A stretch of 64,000 bases of DNA, taken from NCBI GenBank assembly GCA_963662315.1, contig OY759353.1, positions 4,576,001 through 4,640,000 on the forward strand, written 5' to 3'. The stretch's first letter is position 1. Every line of letters begins with the position of its first letter. The notes below the pieces were generated by a model. The model was not told the DNA's origin. It worked only from the letters and a program-made list of their open reading frames with translations, and did not search any database. The position numbers and the translations under genes were made by a program. Shown piece by piece: positions 1 through 10,167 of this stretch. This stretch comes from Geopsychrobacteraceae bacterium (GTDB taxonomy: Bacteria; Desulfobacterota; Desulfuromonadia; Desulfuromonadales; Geopsychrobacteraceae).

Positions 1-1790
1 ACCAGATGTTTGGTGATGACAATGACATTCTCTATGTAGGCAAAGCCAAACGCTTACGGGCACGGTTGCGCAATTATTTCACTCCAGGCGGTGACGGACG
101 TCTACATATCCCGTTGTTGATGGAAAAGGTGCAGCGTATTGAAGTGATTGTGACCGATACCGAAAAAGAGGCGCTGCTCCTCGAAAACACCCTGATCAAA
201 AAACATCGACCGCGCTATAACATCGAGTTGCGCGATGATAAAACCTATGTGTCGGTGCGCATCAATCTGAATGATCCATTCCCCATGATGCAGGTTGTCA
301 GGCAGGTGAAAAATGACGGAGCACATTACTTTGGTCCTTATTCATCCGCTGGGGCAATTCGCGAAACCCTGAAAGAAATCTACCGTATTTTCCCGCTGCG
401 ACATTACCCCATTGACCGCTGCCGTAAACGTGGGCGCCCCTGTCTGTTTCATCAGATCGGCCAGTGCAGTGCGCCCTGTCACGATATGATCAGCCAGGGG
501 GATTACCGTAAGCTGGTCGATGGTGTTATCCAGTTACTGGAAGGACGGGAATCAGAGGTTATTCTACGTTTACAGCAACGGATGCTGAGTGCTTCAGAGC
601 AGATGCGTTTTGAAGAGGCCGCCCGCTTGCGTGACCAGATAAAAGCGATTGAAAAAAGTGTTGAGAAACAGAAAGTCACCGATTATGGCGGTGGCAACCA
701 GGATGTCATAGGCCTGCATCGGGAAGGTGGCGAGGTTGAGGTCGCTCTGCTATTTATCCGCCAGGGGAAGTTGATCGGGCGTCAGACCTACCTGCTTGAA
801 TGGAAGCTTGACCTGGAGGATCTGCTGAGTGGTTTTTTGCAGGAATATTACGCGCGGGAAGTTATTCTTCCTGACCAGTTGCTACTCCCTTTCGACCTGG
901 AGTCGAGTGACCTGCTGGGGGAATGGTTGAGTGAAAAACGGGGGAAAAAGGTTCATCTTATAGCTCCGCAGCGTGGGGAGAAGAAACGCCTCTGCCTGCT
1001 GGCGGAACGTAATGCCAGCGAAGCATATAAGCAGCGTGGCAAGCGCAAGCAGGCGCGGCAGGATATTCTCCAGGAACTGCAGGCCCAATTTCACCTCCCG
1101 GCACTTCCCGAGCGGATCGAATGCTATGATATCTCCAATGTCCAGGGACAAATGTCGGTCGGCAGCATGGTCGTGCTGCTGAATGGCGATGCCGCACCTG
1201 CTGAATACCGGCGCTTTCGTATAAAAACTGTTGAAGGGGCTGATGACTATGCCTCCCTGACTGAAGTATTGAAGCGCCGCCTCGAACGTGGTCTTGTTGA
1301 AAGCAACCTCCCTGATATGATACTTATTGACGGTGGCAAGGGGCAACTGGGGGTGTTGACCGAAGTGCTGCGCGATTATCAGCTCAGCCAGAAGATTGGG
1401 GCTGTCGGTATTGCCAAGAGCCGGGTTATTTCCAATGTGCGCGGAAAGGCCGTCGAACGGAGTGAAGAGCGTTTCTTTTTGCCAGGACGGAAAAATCCTG
1501 TCAATTTCCGCCAGGGCGCTGCTGCGCTGTATATGCTCGAACGCTTACGTGATGAGGCACACCGGTTTGCAATTACTTACCATCGTAAGTTGCGTAATAA
1601 GGCGACTCTACGTTCATCGCTGGAAGATATCCCCGGCATTGGTCCGGCGCGGAGAAAGGCGTTGCTTAAGTATTTTGGCAGTTTGAAAAAATTGAAAGAA
1701 GCTTCTTTGGTGGAGTTGCAACAGATGCCGGGTCTCTCCGCGAGCCTGGCTGTAACTCTTTTTAACGCATTTCACGATACTTCTCAGTGA
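1..1790 (+). CDS. uvrC: Excinuclease ABC subunit C (5' end probably outside window)
   Basis: GIY-YIG N-terminus (ILYVGKAKRLRARL, EALLLENTLIKKHRPRYNI), UVR coil, RNaseH-like DGGKGQL, C-terminal HhH IPGIGPARR; frame is open to the window edge. Confidence 0.97.
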   Translation, partial: QMFGDDNDILYVGKAKRLRARLRNYFTPGGDGRLHIPLLMEKVQRIEVIVTDTEKEALLLENTLIKKHRPRYNIELRDDKTYVSVRINLNDPFPMMQVVRQVKNDGAHYFGPYSSAGAIRETLKEIYRIFPLRHYPIDRCRKRGRPCLFHQIGQCSAPCHDMISQGDYRKLVDGVIQLLEGRESEVILRLQQRMLSASEQMRFEEAARLRDQIKAIEKSVEKQKVTDYGGGNQDVIGLHREGGEVEVALLFIRQGKLIGRQTYLLEWKLDLEDLLSGFLQEYYAREVILPDQLLLPFDLESSDLLGEWLSEKRGKKVHLIAPQRGEKKRLCLLAERNASEAYKQRGKRKQARQDILQELQAQFHLPALPERIECYDISNVQGQMSVGSMVVLLNGDAAPAEYRRFRIKTVEGADDYASLTEVLKRRLERGLVESNLPDMILIDGGKGQLGVLTEVLRDYQLSQKIGAVGIAKSRVISNVRGKAVERSEERFFLPGRKNPVNFRQGAAALYMLERLRDEAHRFAITYHRKLRNKATLRSSLEDIPGIGPARRKALLKYFGSLKKLKEASLVELQQMPGLSASLAVTLFNAFHDTSQ

Positions 1791-1829
1791 AACATTGTAA
1801 ATTCGAATTGCATGGTTCACATGTCAAAC

Positions 1830-1867
1830 GAAACAACCGTTGCTGAGCATACTGCAACGGTTGTTTC
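1830..1867. terminator. 14-bp inverted repeat between convergent uvrC and MCP genes
   Basis: gaaacaaccgttgc ... gcaacggttgtttc. Confidence 0.7.
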
Positions 1868-1981
1868 TCTATGCTTTAAATTTGTCAAAGTTGTTGTCAT
1901 TAAGGGCAATGACAGGTTTGTTCGATTATTTCCCCAACTGGTTCCACCCTTCCGTCCCGGCATTTTTCGCAACCGAAGGTT

Positions 1982-3718
1982 TTAGCGCCGCTTCGGCATA
2001 GCCAGGTGTTTAACTGCAGGCTTGTTTGTCATGGCCTGGCGCGGAGTAGGCACTCCTTTTAGGAGGAATTTGCTCAGCATGTTTAATAGTTCCTCAGCCT
2101 GACTGGACAATTCTTCGGCGGATGCCGCTGTTTCTTCGGTTGTAGCAGTATTTTGCTGGATTCCTTGATCAATTTGGTTTAGCCCTTCATTAATCTGGAC
2201 AATCCCCTCGGCCTGTTCATTTGACGCAGCCGCAATCTCTTCGGCCAGATCTGATACCTTTGAAACAATTGTGAATATCTCTTCAAGGGCGGTTGCTGTT
2301 TGTTGCGCTATTTCTGTACCATGTTCGGCTTTCTCAACTGAACTGGCGATCAGTTCGGCCGTTTCGGATGCTGCCTTGGCACTGCGTACGGCAAGGTTAC
2401 GTACTTCTTCAGCAACGACAGCAAACCCTTTACCGTGTTGACCGGCACGTGCTGCTTCTACTGCTGCGTTGAGAGCCAACAAGTTGGTCTGGAATGCAAT
2501 TTCATCAATGACTTTAATGATTTTGTTAATATTCTGGCTCGCATCGTTAATGTTGGTCATTGATGCCACCATCTGTTGCATCCGGTTGTTCCCTGTTTCC
2601 GCGACACGTTTGGCTTCACTGGAAAGGGCATTCACTTTATTCGCATTTTCTGCATTGTGGCGGGTTTGGCCAGAGAGGTGATTCAGTGAGCTGGAAATCT
2701 CTTCCAGCGAGGCTGCTGAATTGGTGGCGCCTTCCGACAGGGATTGACTGGCGTCAGATACCTGACCACTGGCAGCGTTTATCTGCCGCGCTGAAGACTG
2801 GATGGTGTTCATCGTATCATTAAGGTTGTCGCTAACCGTTTTTAGGGCAATCATCGGGCTGTCCTGATCGTCTTTTGCTATGGGTGAAAAACTCAAGTCT
2901 CCCCTGGACAGCTGATCGAGCATAGGTAGTATGGTGTTTTCAAAATTATTGGCCAGATTGTCCATGGCTCGTCCCAGTTGGCCTATTTCATCGGTCCGCT
3001 TAAGATTGAGTCGGCTCTGGTAACGGCCACCTTCAATGTCTTCAAGCATGCTGACCGTGGCTTTCATCGGTTTTGTGATGGAACGGGTCACCAGGTAAAT
3101 CAGACCAATTGACAGTAACAGGCAGACTCCGAGCACGGAGAATATGGTAAAAAAGACCTTATTGATCTGCGTTTCCAGGTCATCAACGTAAACTCCACTG
3201 CCGACAATCCAATTCCATTTCGGATGTTTTTTGACAAACGATATTTTGGGTTGAGGATCCTTGAAGCCTGGCTTGTTCCACTGATAGTGGACGGTGCCAC
3301 CCGTAGGGTTGGTGGAAACCTTGACCATCTCGACAAACAGCTTAACTCCGTCCGGATCCTTCATTGTCGAAAGATCCTGTCCGTCAAGCTTAGGATTGGT
3401 TGGATGCATGATCATTTTGGGCCGGGTATCATTTATCCAGAAATATCCATCTCCTTCATAGCGTAAATCTTTGATTGTGGCTTTTGCTAAGGACATGGCC
3501 TCTTCTTCGGAAAAGCGATTACCTGCCTCTTTACTGAAATGATCGATAATTGACCAGGCTGTCTCAACTGATGCTGCCACTTTCTCTTCAGTCGACTGAT
3601 AAATCTCATGACGATAGTCAAAATAGAAAGCGACAAGGATTGCGACAAAAATCAGAGCGGTAAAAGCTGATACCAGATAGATTTTTGTGCCAATTCTAAG
3701 ATTTCGAATAAAGTTCAT
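1982..3718 (-). CDS. Methyl-accepting chemotaxis protein (single Cache sensor, HAMP, MCP signal domain)
   Basis: TM1-Cache ([35 protein letters not shown])-TM2-[41 protein letters not shown]. Confidence 0.95.
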   Translation of the reverse strand: MNFIRNLRIGTKIYLVSAFTALIFVAILVAFYFDYRHEIYQSTEEKVAASVETAWSIIDHFSKEAGNRFSEEEAMSLAKATIKDLRYEGDGYFWINDTRPKMIMHPTNPKLDGQDLSTMKDPDGVKLFVEMVKVSTNPTGGTVHYQWNKPGFKDPQPKISFVKKHPKWNWIVGSGVYVDDLETQINKVFFTIFSVLGVCLLLSIGLIYLVTRSITKPMKATVSMLEDIEGGRYQSRLNLKRTDEIGQLGRAMDNLANNFENTILPMLDQLSRGDLSFSPIAKDDQDSPMIALKTVSDNLNDTMNTIQSSARQINAASGQVSDASQSLSEGATNSAASLEEISSSLNHLSGQTRHNAENANKVNALSSEAKRVAETGNNRMQQMVASMTNINDASQNINKIIKVIDEIAFQTNLLALNAAVEAARAGQHGKGFAVVAEEVRNLAVRSAKAASETAELIASSVEKAEHGTEIAQQTATALEEIFTIVSKVSDLAEEIAAASNEQAEGIVQINEGLNQIDQGIQQNTATTEETAASAEELSSQAEELLNMLSKFLLKGVPTPRQAMTNKPAVKHLAMPKRR

Positions 3719-4263
3719 CTGGTCAGTTCCTTTCTGTTTACTTGTGTATTGCGGCTATATGAGGTTCTCTTTTGATCGTTTGTTTGGGATTTTTTTGCTG
3801 CGACGTTTTGTTTTTGCTGCTCGTTAGCGGAACATGAACAACAGAAAACAAAAGGGGAGGGGTGGCCTCGATCTGAGGCTGCGATAGTACATATTTCCAT
3901 GGTCTTTGTATTGTCGTCGTAAAGGTGGGTATTAATGCATTTAAGCATTTTTTCCGGGTGGCAAACAGAAATATTGTAGTCTGCTCTAGATGGTTTAAAC
4001 GCACCAGTTCTTAACATGTAAATGACCGGAATCTCTAAATGCGAGACCAGTTCATGAAACAAACTGGTACGGTTTTCCAGGTTTGGCCAACTGTTAAGGA
4101 GCAACAGATTAAAGTGGGCTTCTTTTAAATGGTCTGTAGACAGCCAGTTTAACACCTCATCAATGGATTTACTGCTGATACAATCAAAATTGGCTACTCT
4201 CAGCAATAAGGTGATGTGCTGGGAATAGCTATCTTTGGGTGCAAAGAGAAGAATGCGTTTCAT
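3715..4263 (-). CDS. Hypothetical protein, degenerate receiver-like N-terminus
   Basis: GGAG RBS before ATG; stop overlaps MCP start (ATGA); RILL..LLL..FD....EVLNWL...FNLLLL pattern resembles a REC fold without the acidic pocket. Confidence 0.6.
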   Translation of the reverse strand: MKRILLFAPKDSYSQHITLLLRVANFDCISSKSIDEVLNWLSTDHLKEAHFNLLLLNSWPNLENRTSLFHELVSHLEIPVIYMLRTGAFKPSRADYNISVCHPEKMLKCINTHLYDDNTKTMEICTIAASDRGHPSPFVFCCSCSANEQQKQNVAAKKSQTNDQKRTSYSRNTQVNRKELTR

Positions 4264-4301
4264 CAGTATTGCTCCAGGCTAATAGTTTGTTATAACTAAT
4301 T

Positions 4302-4318
4302 TGCACAAAGAATGCCAA
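4302..4318 (-). promoter_or_regulatory. Sigma-54 (-24/-12) promoter
   Basis: Minus strand TTGGCATTCTTTGTGCA = GG-N10-GC, about 40 nt upstream of ATG 4263. Confidence 0.65.
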
Positions 4319-4517
4319 TGGTTGAAATATGCTTAGAGACCTCCTCGGGAATAAGTTTATGGTTTTTTAACCGTACGGATAGGAAGGGAACGTTGCAATC
4401 ATAATTGTTACAGAGTGAGTGATTCGGTGTTAAATTAATGAAATTATTAGAGAATGTCAGGATGTTGAAGAATTGTATCTGCAATAAAAATTGCAGGTTT
4501 GGACTGGGCGAGCAAGC

Positions 4518-4553
4518 AAAAAAACAGGGCCTGACAATGTATCAAGGCCCTGT
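4518..4553 (-). terminator. Intrinsic terminator after OB-fold lipoprotein gene
   Basis: acagggcct/aggccctgt stem followed by a T-run on the minus strand. Confidence 0.75.
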
Positions 4554-4579
4554 CGTGGTGAATGAACTGGTTAGAGGAA

Positions 4580-5377
4580 TTACTCGACAGTAACTTCTGC
4601 CCCTTCCAGGATAAGATCGTACTTGTAGCCGTAGCCAAAATCTTTATTGAGGGTCAGGGGAGCTTTGACGAGTACTGTGTCGCCAACTTTGACCGTAGTA
4701 TTACTTGTAATAGTAAGATCGTGGGTCGCGGAAGCCTGGGTTCCGCTGCCGTCCTGAATGTGAATCCAGTTGGTCGACATGATCTGAGGGCTGAACTTCA
4801 CAACTTTGCCACGCACAGTGATATTTTTTCCGGAAAGTTCTTCTTTGCCGGCGTAGACTTCACCAATTGTATAACCACCAGCGGCTTTTTCCAGACCGCT
4901 GAAGTCTAAAGTTGGTGGCGGAGTCGCTCCGGATAACGGCGGATGACCAGCGGGTAACTGCATTTTGTCCGTGCTGGCCATAGCAGGAGGCATGTCAGGA
5001 TTACTTGCGTTGAGCACTGATTCAACGAAATATACAACATCAAAATCACGGTTCAGGGTCTGGCTGTGATAGTTCTTCATCGCCATTCCCTGGGGGACAA
5101 CAACTTGATCGCCGATGGCGACGCTGAATTGGGGCGCAGCGGCCCACAGTTTATCTTTTCCGGTATCAACCTGAACATAGGTATAGCCTGAAGCATCCAT
5201 GGTTTCGACAACCGTTCCGGACATGCCACTTAGCGCAGGTGGCTGACTGGGGGGGGCGGGCTCCTCCGGCTGCGCTTTGACTTCAGCAGCCTGGGCCGTA
5301 GGGATTTCATCTTTGGAACATGCAGAGAAGAACAGCAGGGAAGTGCTCGCTAAAACAAGGATGAATGATTTGTTCAC
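4580..5377 (-). CDS. Lipoprotein with two OB-fold-like domains (NrfJ-like/uncharacterised)
   Basis: GTG start at 5377 with GGAGG RBS; lipobox FSAC; domain 1 GTVVETMDASGYTYVQV..WAA; linker LPAGHPP; domain 2 VRGKVVK..NWIHIQDGSG..KDFGYGYKY. Confidence 0.7.
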   Translation of the reverse strand: MNKSFILVLASTSLLFFSACSKDEIPTAQAAEVKAQPEEPAPPSQPPALSGMSGTVVETMDASGYTYVQVDTGKDKLWAAAPQFSVAIGDQVVVPQGMAMKNYHSQTLNRDFDVVYFVESVLNASNPDMPPAMASTDKMQLPAGHPPLSGATPPPTLDFSGLEKAAGGYTIGEVYAGKEELSGKNITVRGKVVKFSPQIMSTNWIHIQDGSGTQASATHDLTITSNTTVKVGDTVLVKAPLTLNKDFGYGYKYDLILEGAEVTVE

Positions 5378-5489
5378 AAATGTCCTCCGATGTAAATATA
5401 ATACTGTTATATCGTTATTGACTAGCAACATAGCACAGGCTGGAATGGGCAAACAAGAGACTCTGCGATCCGTGGCCTATTTCTGTGTA

Positions 5490-6980
5490 TTAGCACAGGT
5501 TTCGACCGTAGATATGTGATAATTCACGTAACTTTTCGGACAACCGGCTGTCGAGCGCCGCTGATAAATAACGCCATTGCCAGTTGTTTTCAGCGGTGCC
5601 GGGAATATTCATACGATTTTCAGCAGGCAGGGCAAGGATATCCTGTAGCGGCACAATAGCCATGCGTGCAACACTGGCCATGACCGTTTTCAGAAGTTGC
5701 CAGGGCATATCGGGCTGGGGCAGCCCCAGGTACGTCAGTACCCGTTGTTGTGTGGACAGCTCAAGATTCTGCCACCAGCCAAGAGTGGTGTTATTGTCAT
5801 GAGTTCCGCTGTATACAACAGCGTTGGCAATGTGGTTATGCGGAAGATAGGGGTTACGGGCGTCAGAATCGAAGGCGAACTGGAGAATTTTCATGCCGGG
5901 AAAGCCAAAATCGTCACGCAGTTTTTCAACATCCGGCGTAATGATGCCCAGGTCTTCAGCAATGATCGGCAGCGCATCGAATTGTTCTTTCAATGATGAA
6001 AACAGCTCTCGCCCGGGGCTCTCCATCCAGTAACCGTTAATGGCGGTGGGCTCTGTGGCATTAATTGCCCAACAGGCTGAAAACCCGCGGAAGTGATCGA
6101 CGCGTACCAGATCGAAAAGTGTAAAATTCCAGCGAAAGCGTTCGCACCACCAGCTGAACCCGTCTGCGGCAATCTGGTCCCAGCGGTAAAGCGGGTTTCC
6201 CCAGCGTTGACCTGTGGCACTGAAATAATCGGGGGGAACTCCGGCGACCAGGGTCGGTTGCCCCTGCTCATCAAGGTGGTATTGCTGTGGCCTTGACCAG
6301 ACGTCGGCAGAATTCAGGGCGACAAAGATGGGCAGATCGCCGTAAATCTGAATGCCTTTACTGTTAGCGTAGGCCTTAATGGCAAACCACTGTTCAAAAA
6401 AGGCAAACTGCAGATACTTCTGCAGGTAGATTGCGTCGCTCAGCCGCTTTTCTGCCTCTTCCAGGGCTTTCGACTCACGGCATCTGATCGCATTGGGCCA
6501 GGTTTGCCAGTCCGCATAATTATACGCCCTGCGCAGGGCTTCAAAGAGCGCATAATCATCGAGCCAGGACTGATTCTCCCGACAGAAGTTGTTGAAAGAT
6601 TCCTGCCGCGGGTTGGCTGTGTTGTTTTTGAATTGTTGGCAGGCCTGTTTAAAAAGAGGTTCCTGAACCTCAATGGCGGCAGCATAATCCGCACTGTCTG
6701 AGGCTTTAACCTCCGGCAGTTGCTGATAAGCGAGATCGCCTTTTGCTGCAAGTTGTTCAAGGCTTATCAGCAGCGGGTTGCCGGCAAAAGCGGAAAACGA
6801 ACTGTACGGGCAATTGCCGTAACCGGTTGGCCCCAGGGGGAGTATCTGCCAGACGCTCTGCCCGGCATCTGCCAGAAAATCGATAAAACGATAGGCTTCC
6901 GTTCCAAGACAGCCAACCGCCTGGGGGCCAGGTAGTGAAGTCGGGTGAAGTAGGATACCACTCTGACGTTGCAACAGCAT
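5490..6980 (-). CDS. malQ: 4-alpha-glucanotransferase (amylomaltase, GH77)
   Basis: SGILLHPTSLP, WQILPLGP, GVPPDYFS.TGQ.WGNPLY, RVDHFRGF, IIAEDLG, YSGTHDNNT. Confidence 0.96.
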   Translation of the reverse strand: MLLQRQSGILLHPTSLPGPQAVGCLGTEAYRFIDFLADAGQSVWQILPLGPTGYGNCPYSSFSAFAGNPLLISLEQLAAKGDLAYQQLPEVKASDSADYAAAIEVQEPLFKQACQQFKNNTANPRQESFNNFCRENQSWLDDYALFEALRRAYNYADWQTWPNAIRCRESKALEEAEKRLSDAIYLQKYLQFAFFEQWFAIKAYANSKGIQIYGDLPIFVALNSADVWSRPQQYHLDEQGQPTLVAGVPPDYFSATGQRWGNPLYRWDQIAADGFSWWCERFRWNFTLFDLVRVDHFRGFSACWAINATEPTAINGYWMESPGRELFSSLKEQFDALPIIAEDLGIITPDVEKLRDDFGFPGMKILQFAFDSDARNPYLPHNHIANAVVYSGTHDNNTTLGWWQNLELSTQQRVLTYLGLPQPDMPWQLLKTVMASVARMAIVPLQDILALPAENRMNIPGTAENNWQWRYLSAALDSRLSEKLRELSHIYGRNLC

Positions 6981-7015
6981 GTTGACTCCTCTTATGGGGG
7001 TAGAGACTCCAGTTG

Positions 7016-7618
7016 TCAGGGAACGATGACTCTGGCGGCCAGATTCTGCAATTCCACGATTTCGTACATGTTGGTGACACGCCCAACTTTGAGTTCGTCC
7101 TTACGATTGTAGAAGTCAAGGCAAAGACCACAGCTGGCCAGATCAACTCCCCGATCCTTTAACTTTACCAGAGCTTCTAGTATATCGCCTTCTTCAGTCG
7201 TAAGATTTATGCCACTGTTGACAAAGAGTATATGGCTTGGTAGCGGATCCATTTCAAGGAGGGTCATCAGGAAATTCTTCATCAGTATTTTGCCAAAAGC
7301 GTCGTCACCTTGTCCCATGCGATCACTGCCGCAGTAAACGACCGAGGCTTGTTTCTGGGGAGATGTTTGCAGAGCTTCGGCCTGATGGGTTTGTGCAGGG
7401 ATACTCCCCTCCGGGGTTAGGGTCAGTGTGAAGCCAGGACCTTTGGCTTCAGCGAGTGCCTGGTAACCCATTTTCGCGGCTAGGCGCGAAACGTTGTCTT
7501 TTCCTGCTTCGTCGCCGACGCAAACTTCCAGAACCACCCCCGGATTAGCGAGAATCTGTTTGCGGGTTTCAATGACAGGGTAGGGGCACTGATGCTGACT
7601 GTAGTCGAGTTTGATCAT
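7016..7618 (-). CDS. yedF: Sulfurtransferase-like selenium metabolism protein YedF (TusA/SirA domain + DsrE-like domain)
   Basis: N-terminal CPYPVIETRK; C-terminal MGQGDD.FGKILM..FL, SCGLCLDFY, VGRVTNMYEIVE. Confidence 0.88.
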   Translation of the reverse strand: MIKLDYSQHQCPYPVIETRKQILANPGVVLEVCVGDEAGKDNVSRLAAKMGYQALAEAKGPGFTLTLTPEGSIPAQTHQAEALQTSPQKQASVVYCGSDRMGQGDDAFGKILMKNFLMTLLEMDPLPSHILFVNSGINLTTEEGDILEALVKLKDRGVDLASCGLCLDFYNRKDELKVGRVTNMYEIVELQNLAARVIVP

Positions 7619-7737
7619 GACGATATGTCCTTCATTATTCGGAGGTAAAAAAGATTAAGCATTACAATAGAAACAACTCTAATTGATTGTATCGGAGAAT
7701 TCAATGCGGCGGATCTTCTTTGGCATATCACGGGCAC

Positions 7738-7766
7738 AAAAAAAAGCCCGGCGCGTACACCGGGCT
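7738..7766 (-). terminator. Intrinsic terminator closing the cytochrome-porin operon
   Basis: Minus strand AGCCCGG-TGTACGCG-CCGGGCT followed by a T-run, about 30 nt after porin stop. Confidence 0.8.
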
Positions 7767-7797
7767 GCAAATAGATTGCATGGGAACTTAAGTAGAC

Positions 7798-10152
7798 TCA
7801 GAATTTCCAGCCGAGACCGACATAACCGTAGTAAGTGGTCCCATCCTCATTTCCGTAGACATACTCTTCCTGCATATCGAAGATGTCGTAGGTAAAAGAG
7901 GCTTTGGCATAAACATTCTCTGTAAATGCGTATGTTCCACCGATAGTCATCTGATACTGTTCGTAGGACAAGTCTGAATAGGAGTCGATCAGGTTGTTCA
8001 ATTCTGCAGTGTCATAGACCGCTCCCGCGTTAAGAGCGCCACTTCTGATAACGACCTCACCCAAAGACGCTCTTTCATAAAAGGTCCATTCCCAATCGTC
8101 TTGTGCCTTGTTATAGACAAAGCTTGCATTGATTTTAAGTTTCTTGGTTGCCTGATAGTCAGCGGCAAAGGACAACGTATGAACCTGGGATTTGTAGTCA
8201 ACATCATCATCACATACTGAACCAACAAGGTATTGTTTTGCACTTGTCTCCGACAACGTCGGAGATACGTCGTTCGCTCAGCCATGGTACCAGCCAACAC
8301 AGGCCCGGTTTTGTGTATCCCGCTTGCTGAATGTGTACGACATGGTTAAATTCAGCTTGTCTGTTGGTGCGTACCAGATATTCGCACCGGGGACAAAAGT
8401 TGACTGTTTGAAGCCAACTTCGTCATTTTCTTCGTAGCGTAGCCGCGTGAAAAAGGTTGCAGCAATATTGGCGGCAGGAGACCAAGTGGTATTTATCTTG
8501 CCCTCATGGACTGTATCCGGCTGATTTGTTGCGGCAAGATCGCGTTTTGGATATACGGCATTCCAGTACGCTAGATCCCCGGCAGCGAACACTGTGCTGG
8601 CATCTCCGATAATCTCATAAACCAGGCCAGAACCATCAACATTGGTGCCGTCAAGCTGGTATATACCGGTTGCTTCGTCAGCTCCAAAGGGGTCATCGAT
8701 ATTCTGGTATTCATAACTCACTCGGCCGGAAAGTTTTTTGTTGAAACGACTTTTTAACGCGGCCTTGAATGTATGGGTGGTTGTTTCGCCCAGTTCCTCT
8801 TCCTCGCGCTCGACATTTTCATACTCATAGCCAAGGCGTAAAGTCGTGGCTTTGGCCAGTCGATATACCGCGTCAACTCCTAGGTTCGAGACTTTTCTTT
8901 CTTCAGCTGAAGACCATTTATCTGTTGCGCTGTCAAACGGCAAGACAAAGGAACCTAAGACATCTTCTCTTTCTGGATAGGTGATGGCATTACTGTTGGT
9001 GTCAATTTCGTACGTACTGCCGTGGAGCGACAACTTTAAGACGGAATTGATCCTGGTTGCCAGCTTGACACCGAATGATTCCATTTCGGTTGACAGAGTG
9101 TTGTTCTCCAAAGAGAAGGAGGCGTCAGGTGCTTTGGTACTTTCGACATCTGCCTTCACATAGCTGGCGCTGATATTTGTATCCTTGGTGAAATCGATCC
9201 GCGCTTTCAGCATGTGGCTGTCTTTTTCCGAGTCGGGAGTTTTTCCGTACTCAAGTTCAGACGCTGCTGTAGTCCCTGCTCCGTACAGCAAATAGTCACC
9301 GGAATGGGTCGTTGTAGCGGTGTCGTAAAGGCGTGTTGGAGTGGCACCGTTTTCTTCGAAGGTCCTGGTCAGGTATTCGTACTCAACGGTTGCCAGACCG
9401 AACTTGCCTGTGACTCCGAAGCTGATGTCCCTTGTCCTTTCATTGATTTCTTTGCTCTCCGCATTTACGTGACAGGCGTCGCACTTGCTGAGCCCGATGG
9501 TTTGTTCCAAGCCTTCCCGGTCCTCAATTCTGATCCCGGCATGGAAGGTGATATTGGGCAAGCCTGGCAGTGTGAGATCGGCTTCGTTTTTAAACTCGCG
9601 CCGGGTGGTTATATAATCGTTGGAGATTTCCTGGTCATACGCGGATTGTGCATCCCGCGTCGGATCATAGAGCCTGGTGTCGTGGCTAGCCTCAGGTGTT
9701 GCATAGCCTGAAGGAACCGTTGCATCGGAAAAGATAGTTGGCTGTCCTGCTTTTAAGTCACCAACCATTGTCGCACCGATATGCTCCAGATTATCGTGGT
9801 CTTTCCAGTGTTCCAGAGCCGAGTATTCGCTTTTGAGGCGAATAATGCGCTTGGCGTCAAATTCCAGGTTGTACTGCTGATCTCGTGGGCCTTGAATGTC
9901 GGCATCAAATTTAAAAGCAGAATGGTCAGCCTGCGTTTCTATGGAAACTTTAGGCGCGAAGCTGAGACCTTCCTCAGAACGGCCCTTAACATATTCATTG
10001 ACGCGTGCAGGGTTGTCCTTGGTATCGACGCTTGAAACTCCGATTTCGACGGAGCCCCTTGAGACGGTCCCTTCTGCTATTGCCAGGGACGTCATTCCAA
10101 GCATGACCAGGATTGACAACGATGCAAACAGCCAGAGATGGCGGTGCTTCAT
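7798..10152 (-). CDS. MtrB/PioB-like outer-membrane beta-barrel with a CXXCH motif and probable selenocysteine (UGA 8278-8280, residue 625); resembles the Geobacter GSU2204-type CXXCH (seleno)protein
   Basis: ATG 10152 after GAGGAGG; signal peptide; track ORFs 8278..10167 and 7798..8256 share a frame and are joined by TGA GCG AAC GAC GTA TCT CCG ACG TTG; SECIS-like hairpin follows; CDACH at 9469-9483; C-terminal ...YYGYVGLGWKF beta-signal. Family name is from recall, not a search. Confidence 0.85.
8247..8265 (-). promoter_or_regulatory. Putative bacterial SECIS element
   Basis: mRNA: UGA-GCGAACGACGUA-UCUCCGAC-GUU-GUCGGAGA; perfect 8-bp stem, G-first apical loop starting 20 nt after UGA. Confidence 0.8.
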
Positions 10153-10167
10153 GTTTGTCCTCCTCAA

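Noticed and set aside
7016..7018. UGA stop of yedF as another Sec codon
   Set aside because: Protein already appears complete, TAA follows within 8 codons and there is no convincing SECIS stem
7720..7736. Sigma-54-like TTGGCATATCACGGGCA on the plus strand
   Set aside because: Poor -12 element and points antisense into a terminator with no gene to drive
7798..8256. 152-aa ORF as an independent gene
   Set aside because: TTG start lies inside the SECIS-like hairpin, with no RBS or signal peptide; it is the in-frame C-terminus of the upstream barrel
7798..10152. Porin as a nonsense pseudogene
   Set aside because: Single UGA, no frameshift or other decay, hairpin at SECIS spacing, Cys-flanked context and yedF neighbour all favour recoding (not formally excluded without homologs)
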